A stretch of 64,000 nt of DNA from Paludibacter sp. Its GTDB lineage: Bacteria; Bacteroidota; Bacteroidia; Bacteroidales; Paludibacteraceae. Under the pieces are notes generated by a model. The model saw only the letters and a program-made list of their open reading frames with translations. It did no database searches and had not been told where the DNA came from. The stretch covers positions 6,868 through 70,867 of the forward strand of contig JAYFPP010000215.1 of the NCBI GenBank assembly GCA_034927635.1, read 5' to 3'. Both the position numbers and the translations under genes were made by a program. The stretch's first letter is position 1. The number at the start of each line of letters is the position of its first letter. Below are positions 58,277 to 64,000 of this stretch, one piece after another.

Positions 58277-58573
58277 TATTTTTGAAATATTTTATACATT
58301 TATTTATTGTATACCATATATTCCTATTCTAAGACATACATATTACACAAATCATCAATTTGCACATATTCTTTAAAAATTGTAATGTGTGTTTCAATTA
58401 TTCACACCTAACATATTATTAATAAATTACTTATCATTTATTTCAACATTTTAATAGAAATGAGATTATTTGAAAAATTGACACAAAGAAGAGATTATTT
58501 AATTGATTTACTGATATAGTAGATATTTTTGTAAAAGATGATGATAATTCATGATTTTGGTAATACTACAATA

Positions 58574-58607
58574 AAAAAGCTACAAGATTATTTTCTTGTA
58601 GCTTTTT
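58574..58607 (-). terminator. Terminator after the resolvase
   Basis: AAAAAGCTACAAGA-N6-TCTTGTAGCTTTTT. Confidence 0.75.
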
Positions 58608-58635
58608 GAGAAAAAATTCTATATTGTACAAAAAG

Positions 58636-59247
58636 TTAAACACCTGAATATTTTTTTATCTTCGTCATTGTATTAATATGCACCCCAGCTAATTTAGCTG
58701 CTTCTGAATTTGACATCCCACGTTTAAGATATTCCATAGCTTTTTTGTTTTTGGGTTTGGAAAGAAATGTAATAACATCTTCTTTTGTACCTTGTTTTCG
58801 CCCCAAATAACTACCTCTTGCTTTCGCTATTTTAATACCTTCAAATTGACGTTCCAAAATCTGAGTGCGCTCCATTTCGCTGATGGTTGCAAGAATGGAA
58901 ATAATGAGTCTGGAAATAGGATTTTCTTTTCCATCATCGTTGATAGTGGTTAGTCCCTGATTGATAAAATAAACCGGTATCAAGTTTTGATTAAGATAAG
59001 ACAAGGTATTTAATATGTCCAACATATCTCGTCCCAATCTATCAATAGTAATAGCACTGATTTTACCAACAATCCCTTTTTCAATGTAGGTCATGATTTC
59101 TTTTCCACCTGTTCGTTCGAAAAAAGGGATTGCTCCGGAGCATTTATCTTCGACCACCAAATCATAATCTTTTTCAGTGATTCGCTGTCTATCTGTTTTT
59201 TGATCTAAAGTGGATACACGTGTATATAAAATACTGATTTTCTTCAT
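58636..59247 (-). CDS. Small serine recombinase (resolvase/invertase) with C-terminal HTH
   Basis: LYTRVSTLDQ...RQ, EDKCSG, TIDRLGR, EMER..ILERQ.EGI..AK.RG.YLGRK, HTH. Confidence 0.93.
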   Translation of the reverse strand: MKKISILYTRVSTLDQKTDRQRITEKDYDLVVEDKCSGAIPFFERTGGKEIMTYIEKGIVGKISAITIDRLGRDMLDILNTLSYLNQNLIPVYFINQGLTTINDDGKENPISRLIISILATISEMERTQILERQFEGIKIAKARGSYLGRKQGTKEDVITFLSKPKNKKAMEYLKRGMSNSEAAKLAGVHINTMTKIKKYSGV

Positions 59248-59394
59248 ATTTTTAGCTTACTATACTTTTAATCCTAATTTTGTGAGAAATACATGCTCTA
59301 TTTAATATTTTACTGATAACTTTATCCTTTCAATCCTCACAATTTCAACTCTACCCTATAATTGTGAGGAGTGAGATAAAATAATAAGGAGCAA

Positions 59395-59613
59395 CTACTC
59401 CTCATTATTTTTATCCTGACATTTCCGAAGGAATAAACTAAAAACATAACCTCTAGCTTGATGCACACTTACGAACCAAACTTCAGGTGAAACTAAATCG
59501 TGCGGGTCACAGTTCTTCATTTCTTCTAAAACAGGTAATAAATCAGATTTAACTATCTGTTGTAATTCCGTTATATATTGAGGATAGTACCGTATAAATT
59601 CAATTGCATCCAT
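59395..59613 (-). CDS. Conserved-type small hypothetical protein
   Basis: Start MDAIEF at 59613 sits one base after the upstream TGA; DPHDLV.P..WF motif. Confidence 0.6.
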   Translation of the reverse strand: MDAIEFIRYYPQYITELQQIVKSDLLPVLEEMKNCDPHDLVSPEVWFVSVHQARGYVFSLFLRKCQDKNNEE

Positions 59614-59614
59614 A

Positions 59615-59989
59615 TCAAATAACTTCTTCTTCACCTGTAAGTATATTATATTCCTGATTAATCCGTTCATTGTAATTAGGAACCAACTCAACATGATTGT
59701 CGATAGTATTAACCAATTCGTCGAAGTAAACTCCCTCAATCGTTTCTTTAACCATATCATCTTTATCAATTAAAAAGATGTCAAATAAATCTGCTCCTTC
59801 ATTATACTTAACTTGAACCATACCTTTGTGTTTAAAACCATTAACCGTGAATTTTAATCCCAGTTTTATCACCATCGGACGCTGAAATCCCCATGACATT
59901 AATATAGTTTTTTGGAATTTCAAAATTGAGTAGATGTAGTCAGCTATTTTTACATCTTCATCTAATAATTCTATTTTGCTCTCATCCAT
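59615..59989 (-). CDS. Bacteroidales mobile-element hypothetical protein
   Basis: Motifs SWGF, F.VNGFKHKG.V.V.YNEG.DLF, GVYFDELV..ID..VE, which I recognise from Bacteroides element proteins; start MDESK at 59989. Confidence 0.7.
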   Translation of the reverse strand: MDESKIELLDEDVKIADYIYSILKFQKTILMSWGFQRPMVIKLGLKFTVNGFKHKGMVQVKYNEGADLFDIFLIDKDDMVKETIEGVYFDELVNTIDNHVELVPNYNERINQEYNILTGEEEVI

Positions 59990-59994
59990 ACTTA

Positions 59995-61653
59995 CTATTC
60001 CTCCTTCCAAAGATTAGATTTAATTTTTTCTTCTTCACAATAGTCAATCACCTCATTAACTGTAGGATTACTTTTCGTGATTATACGATTGACAATACAT
60101 TTGGTGGAAATGTTCTCTATTTGTCCACCCGTTAAAGAATAGCTTTCTGCAATCATGTTAACTTCTCTCTCTTCCAAAAAATCAATCTTATTTTTCAGAA
60201 TAGATTTTACCGCTTTTATATCGGGATGTCCAATATGGATTTTAATAGTAAATCTGCGCAAAAATGCATTATCCAAATGCTCAACCATATTTGTGATTGC
60301 TATGATAATACCTTCATTTTTTTCAATATGTTCGAGGAGTACATTGATTATTGTTTGTTCAGTCATATCAGTTCTCTCTTGAATATCTGGATTTCTTCTA
60401 CCCATGAGAGCATCACATTCGTTGATCAGTAGAATTGGACTCATTTCAGATTTGCTACACAATAACTTGTAATCGTCAAAGATCTTTTTGACGTTTTTTT
60501 CAGATTCCGAGTACCATCTTGACCTAACTTGTGATAAATCAATCTGATATATATTGCGTTTAGTTTGTTTAGATAGCACTTCCACTATTGATGTCTTACC
60601 AGTTCCACTAGGACCATATAGCATTATCGAAATTCCTTCTGCTTTATTCCCTCTTTTCTTCATTTCCATTTTATATTCAGCAAAATTATCCTTCTGCAAA
60701 AGGGTTTGAATAATATTTAGTTCCCTTCGAATGTTAGAATTGAAAAACAACTTTTTTTCGGGTATTGAATCATGCTTTATATAATTGTGTGATGTCTCAA
60801 TCTCTGATTGTTTCTCACACTCTGTATTTCTTGTTTTATCATCAAGAAATAGTTCTTTTGCTTTTTCAGTTAATGTTAAGATAGTTTCATTTGACAGTTC
60901 CACCAACCCTTCTATTTGAATTTGAGTTGTCTTTTCTTTTAGTCTTTTCGTAAGCGATAAAACCTTAGAAGGTCCCAGAATATCAAAACCTATCATATTC
61001 AAATTAAGACTCTTTTCATTTTCAGTATATTTGTAAATCATATAATACATTATCAATCTATCCTTTACATCCAGGTCCAAAGACTTCATCGTCTTGATTT
61101 GAGTCAGGTTTTCATTCCTACTTTCTTGTTCAATAACTGAGTTCAACACATCTTCTCGTGATAGATGATTCAATAATTTGCGATTATTGATTCTGTACAT
61201 ATGTCCACAAAATTGAATGAAACTATACCCGTTTCCATACAATTTTTCAAATTGAATCTCTTCATTTCGAAACAACATATCTAATAGTTTCTGATTAACA
61301 GAAAATGAACTATTAAATAAATTATCTGATTTATCTTCCTTAATTTGCTTAATAAATCCCCTGTTTATTAGAACTTCAAGGTCGTTTTTGATATCAAAAA
61401 ACGACTCTATTTCCAGTCGAAGAAAATCAATCATTCGTTGTGATTTTACACGTTCCAGATCTTCATCAGTTGTAAAATTAAAAATGATTGAGAGCAATGC
61501 AGTTTGAATCTTAGATAGATTAAATAGTTCACACAGATATTTGAAAGCATTTTCCACCTCTTCGTCTGAACTAAATTCCAATTTCGATTTTCGACACTTG
61601 AAGAAAATGGATTTAAGGTGCTCAATAGTTGTCTTATGATTTATTTTATCCAT
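59995..61653 (-). CDS. AAA+ family ATPase
   Basis: Walker A GPSGTGKT, SRWYSESEKN, Walker B variant LLINECD, AITN...LDNAFLRRF, TGGQIEN. Confidence 0.9.
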   Translation of the reverse strand: MDKINHKTTIEHLKSIFFKCRKSKLEFSSDEEVENAFKYLCELFNLSKIQTALLSIIFNFTTDEDLERVKSQRMIDFLRLEIESFFDIKNDLEVLINRGFIKQIKEDKSDNLFNSSFSVNQKLLDMLFRNEEIQFEKLYGNGYSFIQFCGHMYRINNRKLLNHLSREDVLNSVIEQESRNENLTQIKTMKSLDLDVKDRLIMYYMIYKYTENEKSLNLNMIGFDILGPSKVLSLTKRLKEKTTQIQIEGLVELSNETILTLTEKAKELFLDDKTRNTECEKQSEIETSHNYIKHDSIPEKKLFFNSNIRRELNIIQTLLQKDNFAEYKMEMKKRGNKAEGISIMLYGPSGTGKTSIVEVLSKQTKRNIYQIDLSQVRSRWYSESEKNVKKIFDDYKLLCSKSEMSPILLINECDALMGRRNPDIQERTDMTEQTIINVLLEHIEKNEGIIIAITNMVEHLDNAFLRRFTIKIHIGHPDIKAVKSILKNKIDFLEEREVNMIAESYSLTGGQIENISTKCIVNRIITKSNPTVNEVIDYCEEEKIKSNLWKEE

Positions 61654-62184
61654 TTACACACTTTTATCCTTTATTAAATTCTTTGCTTGATTATTCATGC
61701 ACATCAATTGACGCATGACTTCGTGAAATAAATATTCATCATTTCCGACATTCAGATATAATAATACCCCTCCAATTTCTTCTTTACAAGGGATGAACTT
61801 TAAAACGCATTCGGTATAATTTTTTCGTTTTTCCTTTTCTTCAATGATTTCTGATATATATTTATAATATATAATATCATGTATTTCTGCTTTTAACAAT
61901 TGATTACTTATCAATAAGGGTGATTCCTTATCGTTGAGTATAATACTATACAGATAATGAGTAGTTAATAATGTGTATCCATTCCGATTAAACGATTCAA
62001 ATAAAGGATGCTCACCATCTTCCAATTTAATTGAATCTACCTGAAGGTTGTATAAACCTTCAGGGTTATATTCAAATATCACAGTCTTCTGATATCTGTC
62101 AATTCTGAATCTAATACGTTTGAATATTGACTCTACTGATCTGTGTTGTGTTATGTTATTGATGCTCATAATTATTGTTTTCAA
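61654..62184 (-). CDS. Hypothetical protein
   Basis: 176-aa ORF abutting the ATPase start. Confidence 0.65.
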   Translation of the reverse strand: MKTIIMSINNITQHRSVESIFKRIRFRIDRYQKTVIFEYNPEGLYNLQVDSIKLEDGEHPLFESFNRNGYTLLTTHYLYSIILNDKESPLLISNQLLKAEIHDIIYYKYISEIIEEKEKRKNYTECVLKFIPCKEEIGGVLLYLNVGNDEYLFHEVMRQLMCMNNQAKNLIKDKSV

Positions 62185-62223
62185 GTGTTTAATAAAACTC
62201 CTATAGTATAAGGTATCCTTTTA

Positions 62224-63399
62224 CTACAACATCTGGTCAACCTGATAAATTTTATTCAAATCTTTTGGATCAAAATAGAAGAAGTAAAGGTCCGTGATTT
62301 CAGACTTCGAACCACATATACTATTAATATAAGACGTATAATCAAAACCTTTTAGGGGAACAAATCCCACCTTCTTCACATTGTAAGTATTAGAGAACTG
62401 CACCATATCATCAGAAGTCATAAAATTGTATTCTTCCTCCAGAGAATTCACTTCACTTGATATTCGTTTTTTATAAACACCTCTAAAATCAAGTGCATTT
62501 ATAATAGTTCTGCTGAACTGACGGTGCATGAATAGATTTCGGAAATACAGGAACATAATATCCAATTCATTCTTCTTGCTGAATATATTACCTTTAATAT
62601 AATGTAGTGTTACATCTTCCTTTTTAATTGAAAGTTCAGGATAATGTATTTTGTTATGAAATACGGTGATATCTATTTCTTTTGAACTCCAGGGGTATGT
62701 TGTAAAATTAGGTAGTTCTATTTCATAACCCAATCCACTCAAATCATTTGTTTTGATTCTCCTTTTTGTTTCATATTGAAAACAATTGAGATAATCACGA
62801 GCAACCATATATTGCTGATTACATTTTTGGTAATCATATGAACCTACGAAAATAAATTGGTTCTTATCACATAAGGGTTCAAAAGCAGAGAGCACTTGAT
62901 TAGAGGAAAGCGAAAAGAAACCAAAACCTAGATTAGCTCCAAAATTGCATTCGATTAAAAGATTTATTGAAATTTTGGATTCCTCTAATAAAGCAGCGCT
63001 TCTCACTCCTTCACACCCAACATTAAATATGCGAAATGAATCATTTACAGTAATACATTCGAACTTCTCAATTCGATAATCAATCAAGATTAGGTTATTT
63101 ATTCCTTTTATAGAAGAATAGCGTTTTAATAGGTTTTCAGTAGAATCGATACCTGCAGCAAGATATACTGCATTTTTTATTTTTTCACCCCGCAATAAAT
63201 CCCGATTTAGGTTTTCAATATTACTTCGAAAATTAATATCAGAATTACGAACACATTTTGAGATGTAATTAAAGTCATGATAAACACCACTCTGATTATA
63301 ATACTTATCAGATTCATTATCTATAGCATTTCTCTTGAATAAGTTAAGAATTGATTTTTTAAAAGAATTTGTAGTTGTTTTAAATAGTTTGTTGGTCAT
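62224..63399 (-). CDS. Hypothetical protein (possible Rossmann/SAM-fold N-terminal part)
   Basis: 391-aa ORF; VYLAAGID and LILIDY weakly resemble methyltransferase motifs I and II. Confidence 0.6.
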   Translation of the reverse strand: MTNKLFKTTTNSFKKSILNLFKRNAIDNESDKYYNQSGVYHDFNYISKCVRNSDINFRSNIENLNRDLLRGEKIKNAVYLAAGIDSTENLLKRYSSIKGINNLILIDYRIEKFECITVNDSFRIFNVGCEGVRSAALLEESKISINLLIECNFGANLGFGFFSLSSNQVLSAFEPLCDKNQFIFVGSYDYQKCNQQYMVARDYLNCFQYETKRRIKTNDLSGLGYEIELPNFTTYPWSSKEIDITVFHNKIHYPELSIKKEDVTLHYIKGNIFSKKNELDIMFLYFRNLFMHRQFSRTIINALDFRGVYKKRISSEVNSLEEEYNFMTSDDMVQFSNTYNVKKVGFVPLKGFDYTSYINSICGSKSEITDLYFFYFDPKDLNKIYQVDQML

Positions 63400-63406
63400 A
63401 GTAACT

Positions 63407-63439
63407 CAAAGATAATACTCCCAACACCCCTTTTGCAAA
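63407..63439 (-). promoter_or_regulatory. Canonical Bacteroidetes promoter TTTG-N21-TATCTTTG
   Basis: caaa at 63436-63439 and caaagata at 63407-63414, only 7 nt from the ATG at 63399. Confidence 0.75.
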
Positions 63440-63583
63440 TATTTTTCCAAATTATTGTCATGAAAATGAGATATTTATACATTTCTCACATTTATGAGCA
63501 TATTCTCACATTATTTTTTGACAAAATTCCGCTTTTTGTCAGATTTGGACTTTTAATTTTAAATATATAGTAATAAAAAGTCA

Positions 63584-63919
63584 ATGTATATGGAACTATT
63601 CAGAATTAAAGAAATACTAAATCAATTCGACAACTATTCAATAGAAGATTTAGCAAACAGTGTGGGAGTATCACGAACTAACCTATACAATTACTTAAGC
63701 AGCAGCAATCAAACAATCAACATACTCCAAAAAGTCAGTAAAGAACTCAGGGTTGATATCCGTGAGTTATTCAAATCAAATAACAATGAAAAGGAAATTC
63801 TTGGTTTCTTGCTGATGGACGACTTTATCTATTATGTTAAAAACGAGCAGGATTTTATTGATGTAATAGACAGATTCACCGAATCAAAATCGGATAAAAA
63901 CAATAGCAAAGAATTATGA
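63584..63919 (+). CDS. XRE/Cro-C1 HTH transcriptional regulator
   Basis: RIKEIL...SIEDLANSVGVSRTNLYNYL...TINILQKVSKELRVDIRELF. Confidence 0.85.
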   Translation: MYMELFRIKEILNQFDNYSIEDLANSVGVSRTNLYNYLSSSNQTINILQKVSKELRVDIRELFKSNNNEKEILGFLLMDDFIYYVKNEQDFIDVIDRFTESKSDKNNSKEL

Positions 63920-64000
63920 AATATTCAGAGTGGAACGTACGTGATCTGGGTGACAACTCTTGTGTCTTCTCGATTAGCAACTACAACGAAGAGAAGTTAT
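63916..64000 (+). CDS. Partial ORF coupled to the XRE gene, 3'-truncated by the window
   Basis: ATGA overlap; MKYSEWNVRDLGDNSCVFSISNYNEEKL... open to the end. Confidence 0.5.
   Translation, partial: MKYSEWNVRDLGDNSCVFSISNYNEEKL

Larger units (their letters stand above)
48449..64000. mobile_element. AT-rich integrative element/genomic island inserted at the tRNA-Leu 3' end; the far boundary lies beyond the window
   Basis: Abrupt visible AT enrichment after the tRNA, large serine recombinase abutting the tRNA, resolvase, XRE regulators, cargo typical of mobile elements. Confidence 0.88.

Noticed and set aside
59614-59769. Apparent 155-nt overlapping gene (N-terminal extension of ORF 59395-59769)
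   Set aside because: The extension is an alternative frame of the upstream gene; the ATG at 59613 fits TGA-N-ATG coupling.
60400-60440. Walker B NE instead of DE as evidence of a dead ATPase
   Set aside because: The catalytic Glu is retained, and to my recollection NE is common in this Bacteroidetes AAA subgroup.
62224-63399. Firm methyltransferase call
   Set aside because: Only two weak motif resemblances; it needs a profile or structure search.
48449-64000. Distal att repeat, DarT toxin, and conjugation or phage structural genes
   Set aside because: No second copy of the tRNA-Leu 3' end, and no ART, relaxase, T4SS or capsid motifs were recognisable in the window, so element class and size cannot be fixed.

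Overview
Bacteroidales chromosomal window (inferred from SusC/SusD pairs, HTCS, T9SS cargo, TAnnTTTG promoters, acpP-fabF-rnc order). 1-17.8 kb: a polysaccharide utilisation locus (partial SusC, SusD, three domain-shuffled T9SS beta-helix/lectin-like proteins, a GH28-like lipoprotein, GH43, sialate O-acetylesterase, a GH97::GH28-like fusion). 17.9-23.1 kb: GH125 plus GH38 alpha-mannosidases. 23.3-26.4 kb: purN, acpP, fabF, rnc. 26.4-42.7 kb: a second PUL (HTCS, galM, SusC/D, GH43, FG-GAP protein, Ser-type sulfatase fusion). Then a long-chain acyl-CoA ligase and a PorU-like C25 protein whose catalytic Cys position is Ser. At 48.1-48.45 kb, tRNA-Gly and tRNA-Leu are preceded by two mosaic tRNA-derived hairpin units carrying antisense to tRNA-Gly. 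From ~48.45 kb to the end is an AT-rich integrated element (large serine recombinase reading into tRNA-Leu, resolvase, AAA ATPase, XRE regulator). It carries an orphan ADP-ribose-handling module (HTH-HTH-NADAR-SLOG fusion with an in-frame stop, plus a T4 gp30.3-like NADAR) and several structured non-coding regions, one of them duplicated. No CRISPR array or rRNA seen. All family assignments come from motif recognition by eye; no database search was run.
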